Below are positions 4,819-13,587 of a DNA stretch of 32,809 nt, in pieces (within the stretch, counting starts at the first letter, position 1; every line of letters begins with the position of its first letter). The translations under genes were made by a program, and so were the position numbers. The notes beneath the pieces are model-generated. The model had not been told where the DNA came from. It saw only the letters and a list, made by a program, of their open reading frames with translations, and ran no database searches. This DNA comes from a virus (taxonomy: Duplodnaviria > Caudoviricetes). Location: IMG/VR virus record IMGVR_UViG_3300012200_000012, positions 1 through 32,809 of that record; one strand, 5' to 3'.

Positions 4819-7511
4819 CAACATTCGGCATTTTACCCCTTGGCGGCGGCGGCTACGTCACTGGAATAGATATCGCATCCGATGGTACGGCGGTTACGAG
4901 AGCTAATACGGGTGGTGCTTGGGTAAGTTCGAATTTAAGCGCCACGCCTGCGTGGACGCAAATCCTTACTTCAAATTCACTTCCTGCAAGCGCTGTCAAC
5001 ATACTCTCAGGCCTTACCGGTGTTAATGAGATTATGATTGCCAAGAGTGCGACATCTAACCTCTACATGAAGTTCAAAGGCTTCATGCTGACATCCAGCA
5101 ACAGAGGAGCGACGTGGACTGATACCGGATATACTCAAGATAGTAGTGATCCAAACAACCCTAACAGCGGTTCGATGGGGCCGCTTATCGCGGTCGATCC
5201 TGCAAATAAGGACATTGTTTTTACTGCCGCCCCCAATGTTAGCATGTTTAAAACTGCGAACGGCACTCACACGCCAACAGCGACGTGGACAGCAATAAGC
5301 ACTAGTTCTGTTCCGGCCTCTTCAAGCTTTACTGTTGTTGCATTCGATCCATCGTCGTCGGTGTCAGGTGGTGCGACTCAAGGAATTTATGCGGGTGTAT
5401 ACGGTAGTGGTGTGTATCACAGCACAGATGGAGGTACCACTTGGGCTTTAGCTGCCGCTAGTGGACCAACTTCTCCTGTTACCATGACGATTGATCAGTT
5501 TGGCGTTGTCTGGATCGCTGATTCATCCGCCACCATTTGGCGGTTGCTTAGTGGTACGTGGACTCATATGACTGCCTTGAATGTCAATGAGCCTTACGGT
5601 TCTGCCGTTACTGACCCAGCCAGTGGTTCTCAGGCCACAAGTCATGTATTCGCCATACATTATGATGGCCGAGTCAATGTCAGCACCGATGGCGGTGCAA
5701 ATTGGTCTGGATTATCGCTTGGTCCTACTGGTACATCCACGGACATTCCATGGCTTGCCGCGGCGATCGGTGGATATCTAAATTCCGGAGGAAAGGGGAT
5801 TTTCGATCCGGCTCTCACTGGAAAGCTTTGGGTAGGTGGGGGGGTTGGAGTATTCTCCACTACACCACCAACTGCCAGCGTTACTTCTACAGTTGTAAAC
5901 TGGACCTCTGCAACAGCCCCGCAGGAAACTCTGGTTAGTAATGTGGCAGTGGTGCCGCCGGGCGGTGCACCGAATATATTTTCTTGGGATAGAGAAGCTT
6001 TTAAGACGGCCATTGGCACGTCTTACCCACCGCAAATGGGTTATCCCACCATCGGTTTCATTATGGGTGGCTGGGCGGCGGATTGGGTAGCTGGTTCATC
6101 CTTTTCTCCGGCAAAGATGGCAATGCTTGTTGTCAGTAACGTGGGGGCCCCTCCGTGGCTTGATCTTTCAGGAGTTTCAACCGATGGCGGCGTAACGTGG
6201 GTTCCGTTCGGTTCAACCAGTTCAACCAGTCATAGTATTGGTTCGGGATCGTTGACATGGACGGTTGACGCTGGTCTCAGTCTTACAGCGGGCGATAGCA
6301 TACAGATAATCCGCGCCTCTGATGCTTCCAAATATATGGGAGGCACCGTCACTTCATACAGTGGTACTACATTAGTCACTGATATGACCTACTACCTCAA
6401 TGCATCATTTGGAGCGGGGCCATTCACTGACTGGATCATTCACAGCATCCCTTCTGCTACCATCAACTCAAACAGTGGTGGCTGCATCGCCGCTGCAAGC
6501 GACACAAATTTCATCTGGTTGCCGACTTTTGACTCAACCTATGTGTATAAAACAACGGATGGCGGGAAAAATTGGACCAAGGTAACGATTGCCGGAATAC
6601 CTACTTCTTGGGTAACAAACACACAGAGCCAAACTCTGCCTGTTGGGGCGACCGTAAACATAACGAACATAGGAACGGGCTTGGTATTCCCGACTGGTAA
6701 CGTAATAACGATGGGGCAGGGGGATGGTGTCACATTAATTAATTATATTCAGGGGACGGTTGCGTCCTACAATCCAGGCACAGGTGCGTTATCCATTACA
6801 GTTACAAGTCAACAAGGATCGGGAACAATTTCTAATTGGACCGTTAGGCAGACAACGGGATGGGGGCCTTTTGCCGCTAATAAGGCCACTAAGCTTTGCA
6901 CGGCGGATCGTGTAGATGCCAATACGTTCTATCTGTACAATTACCTCATTCCAGGCGTTTATAAATCTACTGATGGTGGCGCTACTTGGGCGAAAGTGTA
7001 TTCCAGTTCCCTAGGAGGATCGGCGGCTTATGGCGGGGTATTGAAATCGGTCCCAGGTAAAGCTGGTCATTTGTTTTATTGTGACATTATTGGCGGCACT
7101 CCCAAGAGATCAACGGATCATGGTGCGACGTGGACCGTCGTCAAAGACGGGTCTACCGATTTCAGTAATACTACTGCATTCGGCTTTGGCGCGACATTCC
7201 CAGGTCAGAGTTACCCAGCGATCTATATTGCCGGATTTAATGGGACTAATACTGTTCCGACTAATTATGGCATTTGGCGATCGATCGACAACGCCGTGAC
7301 TTGGACAAAATTAACAGATTTCCCTAATGGGGTGGTGCAGATCGTCAACGACTTGGACGGAGATAAAACAACTCCTGGGACAATCTATGGGGCTACTAGT
7401 GGGGCTGGTGCTTGGTACGGTTTTGATGCCGTCAGCGTAACTGTGCCAACTATCGGCTTTCCCGTGATTCACGACCATGGTAAGCGCCACGTTAAGATGA
7501 TCGGCTACTAA
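4815..7511 (+). CDS. GH74 (xyloglucanase)-like BNR/Asp-box double beta-propeller protein, 898 aa, no signal peptide
   Basis: N-terminal GGGGYVTGI...RANTGGAW matches the GH74 GGGGFxxGI...RxDIGGAY motif, and ETLVSNVAVVPPGGAP...WD matches the second GH74 catalytic region. About 8 Asp-boxes (S/T-x-D-G-G-x-T-W). C-terminal FGFG...YPAIYIAG...GIWRSID...GTIYGATSGAG. Confidence 0.8.
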   Translation: MTTFGILPLGGGGYVTGIDIASDGTAVTRANTGGAWVSSNLSATPAWTQILTSNSLPASAVNILSGLTGVNEIMIAKSATSNLYMKFKGFMLTSSNRGATWTDTGYTQDSSDPNNPNSGSMGPLIAVDPANKDIVFTAAPNVSMFKTANGTHTPTATWTAISTSSVPASSSFTVVAFDPSSSVSGGATQGIYAGVYGSGVYHSTDGGTTWALAAASGPTSPVTMTIDQFGVVWIADSSATIWRLLSGTWTHMTALNVNEPYGSAVTDPASGSQATSHVFAIHYDGRVNVSTDGGANWSGLSLGPTGTSTDIPWLAAAIGGYLNSGGKGIFDPALTGKLWVGGGVGVFSTTPPTASVTSTVVNWTSATAPQETLVSNVAVVPPGGAPNIFSWDREAFKTAIGTSYPPQMGYPTIGFIMGGWAADWVAGSSFSPAKMAMLVVSNVGAPPWLDLSGVSTDGGVTWVPFGSTSSTSHSIGSGSLTWTVDAGLSLTAGDSIQIIRASDASKYMGGTVTSYSGTTLVTDMTYYLNASFGAGPFTDWIIHSIPSATINSNSGGCIAAASDTNFIWLPTFDSTYVYKTTDGGKNWTKVTIAGIPTSWVTNTQSQTLPVGATVNITNIGTGLVFPTGNVITMGQGDGVTLINYIQGTVASYNPGTGALSITVTSQQGSGTISNWTVRQTTGWGPFAANKATKLCTADRVDANTFYLYNYLIPGVYKSTDGGATWAKVYSSSLGGSAAYGGVLKSVPGKAGHLFYCDIIGGTPKRSTDHGATWTVVKDGSTDFSNTTAFGFGATFPGQSYPAIYIAGFNGTNTVPTNYGIWRSIDNAVTWTKLTDFPNGVVQIVNDLDGDKTTPGTIYGATSGAGAWYGFDAVSVTVPTIGFPVIHDHGKRHVKMIGY

Positions 7512-7512
7512 A

Positions 7513-8940
7513 GTGGTACAGCCGGTATGGGGCATTCCTGCTCCCAGTAAGGAATATAATCTTCCTGCTGCGAAGCCAGTTCATACGCAGGCAACAACAT
7601 TTGCAGCTCCATTTCAAAATACGACTCGCAGAGGTTGGTGGCAGCCCCTCTCAGTAGCTGCACCAGTTGCTAAGGCGCAGTTAGGCAGTTCATTTGTTCC
7701 TTTTAATAAGGTACAAATTGCAAGCAATCCATTAGGTTGGCAACAAGCTTTATCTGGTGCGCCGTCCGTAGCGATTGCTCGACAAGGTAATAGTTTTGTT
7801 CCGTTTAATACGAAACAGATTTCAAATAGTCCGTTAAATTGTTTTCAACCTCTTTTTGGGGCCCCGCCTGTCGCGCAGGCTCAACAGGGCTATGTTTTCG
7901 TCCCTCTTAATACGCCGCAGATTGCCACGACTGCAAGTAATCCGTGGGGATGGCAACAAGGACTTTCTAGACCTCTTGTTACGCCAGTTGTTAATAATTC
8001 GGCACCGACATTTATAATACAACCTTTCGCAGTACCTTCAGGTTGGCAAAATCAATTATCTAGTGCTGTTTCAATACCTAAGGCACAGGCTGGCAGTTAC
8101 TTTGTACCGCTTAGTTCTGTACAAGTTGCTGCAACACCGCCGCCTAACGGCTGGTTCGGGCCTATTAGTCCTGCAGCAAATGTTGCGATTGCGCAACCTA
8201 CCCAAGCCACTACGTTTGCTATACCCACTCAAATTAGTAATAGCATTTCTCAATTCGGTTGGTATTATCCGCTTTCACAACCGACACCGGTTGCACAGGC
8301 TCAGCAGGGATATACATTTGTTCCATTTAATACGGTTCAAATGCTTCCGCAGATTATACCGTTATTCTACGATGCCGGTGTACCGCGAACAGCTACTGTT
8401 TACTACCAAGCTTTGTTCAATCCATTATCCCCGATTGTACAAACTTCTAATACAGTTACACAAGTATCTTGGCAACAGCCGCTTTCGGTAGCTGTTCCGA
8501 CTAATAAAACGGTTCAAACTCAAACGTTTGTACCTTTTAATACTATTCAAGTAACGGCCGTTACTTCTCAAGGATGGTGGCAACCTTTATCAGCAGCGGT
8601 TAATACAGTTACTGCGAACTATACTCAACCGATTTGGGTATTAGGAGCATTTCAGACTCCTTCGCTTGCTTGGCTACAACCGCTCTCACAAGCGGTACCC
8701 GTTGCAAATAGCCAGAGTGGATATTCCTTTGTTCCATTTAACACAGCTCAAGTACAGCCTGCCGGAATTTCTGGTATGGCCTGGTATACTCCATTAGGAA
8801 CAGTAGCTAAGTCTATTCCAACTGCCACACAGGGCATATCGTTTGTTCCATTAGATACTGCTCAATTAGTGCCTCCTCCCGACCTCTTAACGCATTATTT
8901 ACCTTTCTTAGTAACTATAGGAAAACTTAAGTCTTTTTAA
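7513..8940 (+). CDS. Tandem-repeat W/P/Q-rich protein, 475 aa, function unknown
   Basis: About 12 units of roughly 31-37 aa, consensus GWxQPLSxAxPVAxAQxGxxFVPFNTxQI. GTG start; stop overlaps the terL ATG. Confidence 0.75.
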   Translation: MVQPVWGIPAPSKEYNLPAAKPVHTQATTFAAPFQNTTRRGWWQPLSVAAPVAKAQLGSSFVPFNKVQIASNPLGWQQALSGAPSVAIARQGNSFVPFNTKQISNSPLNCFQPLFGAPPVAQAQQGYVFVPLNTPQIATTASNPWGWQQGLSRPLVTPVVNNSAPTFIIQPFAVPSGWQNQLSSAVSIPKAQAGSYFVPLSSVQVAATPPPNGWFGPISPAANVAIAQPTQATTFAIPTQISNSISQFGWYYPLSQPTPVAQAQQGYTFVPFNTVQMLPQIIPLFYDAGVPRTATVYYQALFNPLSPIVQTSNTVTQVSWQQPLSVAVPTNKTVQTQTFVPFNTIQVTAVTSQGWWQPLSAAVNTVTANYTQPIWVLGAFQTPSLAWLQPLSQAVPVANSQSGYSFVPFNTAQVQPAGISGMAWYTPLGTVAKSIPTATQGISFVPLDTAQLVPPPDLLTHYLPFLVTIGKLKSF

Positions 8941-10502
8941 TGAAACCTAAATCCGAGATACAAAAGACTAGAGATGATCGACGTAAGTTAGCTGAAAGTT
9001 CCTTAGAGAGATTTATTGAATTAGTTCATCCCAAACGGTTGTTAGGTAACATACATCGTGAAGTAATTCATTGGTGGACTTCTGATGGTGCTAAATCTCA
9101 CCAACTACTTCTGCTACCTAGAGATCATATGAAGTCAGCTTTAATCGCTTATAGAGTTGCCTGGGAGTTAACTAGAGATCCTACATTAAGAGTTCTATAT
9201 ATTTCATCTACTTCTAACCTTGCTACCAAGCAATTGAAATTTATTAAAGATATCTTTACAGATGACGTCTATCGGTTATATTGGCCTGATATGGTTATCA
9301 AAGATGAAGCTAAACGAGAGAAGTGGACGGAACGAGAAATATCGTTAGATCATCCTAAACGTCGAGAGGAATCAATTCGTGATCCTTCTATCTTCACCGC
9401 GGGACTTACTAGTAACATTGTTGGCATGCATTGCGATATTGCCGTGCTTGATGATGTGGTGGTACAGAGTAATGCTTACCTCGAAGAAGGACGACAAAAA
9501 GTAATAGATCAATATTCTTACTTATCTTCTATTGAGACTGTAAATGCCCGAGAGTGGGTGGTTGGGACTCGATACCATCCAAAGGATTTATATTCTAGTC
9601 TCTTGGAAATGGAAATAGATGAATACGATGAAAATGGTGACAAGAAAGCTTCAACCTCTCTGTTCGAAAGTAAAGAATATCCTGTGGAGACTGCAGGCGA
9701 TGGTTCAGGCCAATTTTTGTGGCCTAAACAAAGAAGATCTGATGGCAAGTGGTTTGGCTTCGATGCCGACATTCTCGCCACCAAAAGGGCCCAATACCTT
9801 AACAAAATCCATTTCAGAGCTCAATATTACAACGACCCCCACGATGTGGATAATTCACCCATACAGCGGGACCTGTTCCAGTACTACGACCAAAACTACC
9901 TTTCCAAAAGGGATCATCATTGGTTCTTCAAACGGGAACGTCTTAATGTATGTGCAGCCGTCGACTTTGCTTATTCCACTGGTAAGAAGTCTGATTTCAC
10001 TAGCATTATTGTTCTTGGTACTGACTCTTTTCACAATTATTATATATTAGAAATAGATCGTTTTAAAACTGATAGAGTTTCGGAATACTTCAATCATATA
10101 TTGAAATTATACGATAAATGGGGTTTCAGAAAGATTAGATGTGAAGTTAGCGTAGCGCAGAAGGTTATCGTTGAAGATCTCAAAGAAAACTACATTAGAA
10201 GGAATGGATTATCATTAAGTATCGATGAGTATCGCCCTTCGAGGTGGCAAGGCTCAAAAGAAGAAAGGATCTTCTCAATCTTAGAACCGCGTTACGCGAA
10301 CAGACAGATTTGGCATTATCCTAGTGGTAATTGTCAAGTCTTAGAAGAAGAACTAATATATAGCAATCCTGCCCATGACGATGTCAAAGATGCATTAGCA
10401 TCGGTAATAGACTTCGCAGTACCTCCGATAGATTATTATAGAATGAGTAAGACTAAAATACCTGAATTTACCTATCATGCCCGTTGGGGAGGTGTGGCAT
10501 GA
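8940..10502 (+). CDS. terL: Terminase large subunit
   Basis: Deviant Walker A (LLLLPRDHMKS), Walker B (IAVLDD), coupling motif (VGTRY), RNase H-like nuclease residues (AAVDFA, SDFT, HDDVKDALA). Confidence 0.95.
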   Translation: MKPKSEIQKTRDDRRKLAESSLERFIELVHPKRLLGNIHREVIHWWTSDGAKSHQLLLLPRDHMKSALIAYRVAWELTRDPTLRVLYISSTSNLATKQLKFIKDIFTDDVYRLYWPDMVIKDEAKREKWTEREISLDHPKRREESIRDPSIFTAGLTSNIVGMHCDIAVLDDVVVQSNAYLEEGRQKVIDQYSYLSSIETVNAREWVVGTRYHPKDLYSSLLEMEIDEYDENGDKKASTSLFESKEYPVETAGDGSGQFLWPKQRRSDGKWFGFDADILATKRAQYLNKIHFRAQYYNDPHDVDNSPIQRDLFQYYDQNYLSKRDHHWFFKRERLNVCAAVDFAYSTGKKSDFTSIIVLGTDSFHNYYILEIDRFKTDRVSEYFNHILKLYDKWGFRKIRCEVSVAQKVIVEDLKENYIRRNGLSLSIDEYRPSRWQGSKEERIFSILEPRYANRQIWHYPSGNCQVLEEELIYSNPAHDDVKDALASVIDFAVPPIDYYRMSKTKIPEFTYHARWGGVA

Positions 10503-12379
10503 CCGGAAAGGTTATGGCCCTAGAGAATGTAATTTCTCCAGACTTACTCGCAACTAGACTTACAGAACGCTATATTCAATGGGATACTCTACGCCAAGTA
10601 GCTAAGAATGATTGGGAAGAGATAAGACGTTATGTCTATGCAACGGATACTACCCAGACTTCAAATGCCTCCCTTCCTTGGAAGAATAAGACGACAGTCC
10701 CTAAACTTTGCCAAATCCGGGACAACCTATTTGCCAACTACATCGCCACACTCTTTCCCAAGCGGAAGTGGCTAGTTTGGGAGCCTGAGAATGAAGATGC
10801 CGCTGATGTTGAGAAACGTGACTCCATCATCAACTATATGTCTTGGGTAATTGAACAACCTACTTTTAAGTCTGAGATGGAAAAGATCATCCAAGATTAC
10901 ATCGACTTCGGTAATTGTTTTGGTACTGTCGAATGGGTGGATCAAAGAGTAGAACAAACTGATAAAACTCAAGCTGGTTATGTTGGTCCTGCAGTTCGAC
11001 GTATCAGTCCATTAGATATAGTATTTAATCCTACTGCTGAGAATTTCATTCAGTCTCCTAAAATAGTCCGTTCCCTAATTTCTTTAGGTGAATTAAAAGA
11101 TTTATTAAGTAGGATGTCTAATGATGAGAATCAAGCTGAGTATGAAGCTTTATATGAATACTTAAAGAAGATTAGATTCCATGCCCGGCAATTTGAAGGA
11201 GACTGGATCCAGAAGGATCGTCTCTATGCCATGGATGGTTTTACTAACTTCCGTGCCTATTTAATTTCCGATATGGTTGAAGTATTAACTTTCTATGGAG
11301 ATTGGTACGATCCTTATACGGATGTCTTTGAAAAGAATCGTGTTATTACGGTGGTCGATCGACACAAGCTGATCGAGAATAAACCTAATCCGTCTTTCTT
11401 TGGCTATCCTCCGATTGTCCACTCTCCTTGGCGCCGTAAACAAGATAATTTATGGGGTATGGGTCCTTTAGCTAATCTTGTTGGTATGCAGTATCGCATG
11501 GATCATATCGAAAATATGGCTGCCGATATCTGGGACTTAGTCACATACCCAGTTCAGAAGGTTAAAGGTTTCGTAGAAGAATATGTATGGCAACCAGGTG
11601 AGAAGATCTTCGTCTCTGAAGAAGGGGATGTAGAATTAATCCAACCTGAAGTCCAAATCATGCAGTCTGACATGAAGATCGAGAAGATCCAAATGCAGAT
11701 GGAAGAAATGGCGGGAGCTCCCCGTGAGGCTATGGGCATTCGGTCCCCGGGTGAAAAGACAAAGTACGAAGTACAGCGTCTAGAGAATGCCAGCTCTCGT
11801 CTATTTCAAAATAAGATTAACCAGTTCTCTGAGCAAGTTCTGGAAATGCTACTTAACTACATGCTTGAGTTAGCTCGTAGGAACTTATCAGGTGCACTAA
11901 CTATAAAGGTATTTGATAATGATCTCAATGCTACCACGTTCCAAACACTTACAGTCGATGACATCACAGGAGTTGGTCGAATTAAGCCAATTGGAGCACG
12001 ACACTTTGCTGAGCAAGCTGAGCTCGTGCAAAATCTCACTGCCCTCACAGGTTCAAATCTATGGGCTACTGTCCAACCTCACTTCTCCGGGGTTACACTT
12101 GCAAAGATACTCGAGTCTGTCTTCGACCTCAAAGATTACCGAGCAGTCACCCCCTACATTGCCCTCGCTGAACAAGCTGATGGACAACGAATGGTTCAAG
12201 CTCTTCAAGAACAACTTCATCAGGAAATGGGAACTGCCACTGGAATTGGACATGATTATGATACCAACACTCAAGGTCAATTCTCTCCGCCTCCCCAAAC
12301 TCCAGCTCGCCCTGGTCTAGGATTGCAGCGTAATCCTCCAGCTAATGCCACTCCAACAGGAACTTTAGGGACTCAATAA
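10499..12379 (+). CDS. Portal (head-tail connector) protein, ~626 aa
   Basis: Directly after terL. LPWKNKTTVPKLCQIRDNL and DNLWGMGPL...RMDHIEN motifs as in SIO1/VpV262-like portals. The real start is likely ATG 10499 (GGAGG RBS, ATGA overlap) rather than 10484. Confidence 0.92.
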   Translation: MTGKVMALENVISPDLLATRLTERYIQWDTLRQVAKNDWEEIRRYVYATDTTQTSNASLPWKNKTTVPKLCQIRDNLFANYIATLFPKRKWLVWEPENEDAADVEKRDSIINYMSWVIEQPTFKSEMEKIIQDYIDFGNCFGTVEWVDQRVEQTDKTQAGYVGPAVRRISPLDIVFNPTAENFIQSPKIVRSLISLGELKDLLSRMSNDENQAEYEALYEYLKKIRFHARQFEGDWIQKDRLYAMDGFTNFRAYLISDMVEVLTFYGDWYDPYTDVFEKNRVITVVDRHKLIENKPNPSFFGYPPIVHSPWRRKQDNLWGMGPLANLVGMQYRMDHIENMAADIWDLVTYPVQKVKGFVEEYVWQPGEKIFVSEEGDVELIQPEVQIMQSDMKIEKIQMQMEEMAGAPREAMGIRSPGEKTKYEVQRLENASSRLFQNKINQFSEQVLEMLLNYMLELARRNLSGALTIKVFDNDLNATTFQTLTVDDITGVGRIKPIGARHFAEQAELVQNLTALTGSNLWATVQPHFSGVTLAKILESVFDLKDYRAVTPYIALAEQADGQRMVQALQEQLHQEMGTATGIGHDYDTNTQGQFSPPPQTPARPGLGLQRNPPANATPTGTLGTQ

Positions 12380-12570
12380 TGTCTGAATTACCAATGCAAC
12401 AAGAGGACCATCCAGCTTATGATGTTCCGCCTCCGACTCAAGATTATAGAGCGAAGGAATTACCTTTGAGTATGACACCTAATACTGGAAATCAAATGAT
12501 CTCTGATCGCGCTATGTTCCAGAAGGCTGCCAATAAAGGTAAGAGAGCTAAACCTACAACTGGTTATTAA
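12379..12570 (+). CDS. Small hypothetical protein, 63 aa
   Basis: TAATG coupling to the portal; Pro-rich and probably disordered. Confidence 0.65.
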   Translation: MSELPMQQEDHPAYDVPPPTQDYRAKELPLSMTPNTGNQMISDRAMFQKAANKGKRAKPTTGY

Positions 12571-12572
12571 CT

Positions 12573-12839
12573 ATGATTACTGCTTGGACCAAGCATTTAA
12601 AGACTGACGAAGACAAGGAAAAGTTTACTAAGAGTTTAAAAGCTGCTCGACATGTTTTAGATCGATTGCAAGCTCTCTTAGATGAAGAGAAAGCCGGACT
12701 AGAGTCCGCAGAGATAAGTCCTAAGATATATGAGGCACCTAATTGGGACTATAAGCAAGCTCACACCAATGGTTTTAAAGCTGCTTTAAGAATGGTGTCT
12801 AAACTAATTACCCTAGACCAGGAGAAGAAACATGGCTGA
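12573..12839 (+). CDS. Conserved head-module hypothetical protein, 88 aa
   Basis: Helical with a YEAPNWDYKQAHTNG motif; lies between portal and scaffold. Confidence 0.75.
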   Translation: MITAWTKHLKTDEDKEKFTKSLKAARHVLDRLQALLDEEKAGLESAEISPKIYEAPNWDYKQAHTNGFKAALRMVSKLITLDQEKKHG

Positions 12840-13566
12840 CAGCCTATTAGATAATACACAGGTTGACCAAACCAACGAACGCGACGAACTCCTCAATAAA
12901 TGGAAGGACAAATCCAAAGAAGAGATTCTAGCAGCAAAGGTAGAATCCGATCTTTTTATTAAGACTCAAAATGCTCGTTTTGACAATATTCGAGAGGATT
13001 ATCTTAAGTTAAGAGAAGAGGCTACCGCGAAGGCCTCGTTAGAAGAATTAATAGCTCGACAAGAGAAACTTCTTGCTAACCCGGAACAGACCCCACAATC
13101 ACCCGTGGAAGAAACCAAGCCATCGATTAAGCCTGAAGATATTGATTCCATTCTGGAACAGAAGCTCACAGCACGTGAGAAGCTGATTAAACAGACTGAA
13201 AATTTCAATATGATTAAGGCAAGACTAAGGGAACAATTTGGCGATAAAGCCTCAGAAATTCTCAAACAACGTATGGATACGCTAGGCTTAGATCAAGCTT
13301 TTACCGATGATCTGGCTAAATCCCATCCCTCTGTTTTTATTAGGACATTTGGATTGGATGAAGTTAAACCGTCTACTAATGTAGCTCCACCGCGCTCTAG
13401 CTTGCGAGCCGACAAGTTCGCTCCCACAGTGCAGAAGCGGGATTGGAACTATTATCAGGAATTGAATAAAAGAGATCCAAGAGCGTATCTAGACCCAAAA
13501 ATCGCTATTCAAATGCATAACGATGCCATCGAATTAGGTGACGCATTCGGTATGCCTACGAATTAA
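12832..13566 (+). CDS. Capsid scaffolding protein, 244 aa
   Basis: Charged, helical or coiled-coil, AGGAG RBS, immediately upstream of the major capsid gene. Confidence 0.8.
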   Translation: MADSLLDNTQVDQTNERDELLNKWKDKSKEEILAAKVESDLFIKTQNARFDNIREDYLKLREEATAKASLEELIARQEKLLANPEQTPQSPVEETKPSIKPEDIDSILEQKLTAREKLIKQTENFNMIKARLREQFGDKASEILKQRMDTLGLDQAFTDDLAKSHPSVFIRTFGLDEVKPSTNVAPPRSSLRADKFAPTVQKRDWNYYQELNKRDPRAYLDPKIAIQMHNDAIELGDAFGMPTN

Positions 13567-13587
13567 TTAATCTAAGGAGACTTCATT

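Noticed and set aside
7600-8870. Recurring TTTGTTCCxTTTAATAC-like DNA repeats at ~100-bp spacing, considered as a CRISPR array or DGR
   Set aside because: The repeats are degenerate at synonymous positions and in frame, so they are protein repeats. No cas or reverse transcriptase gene is in the window.
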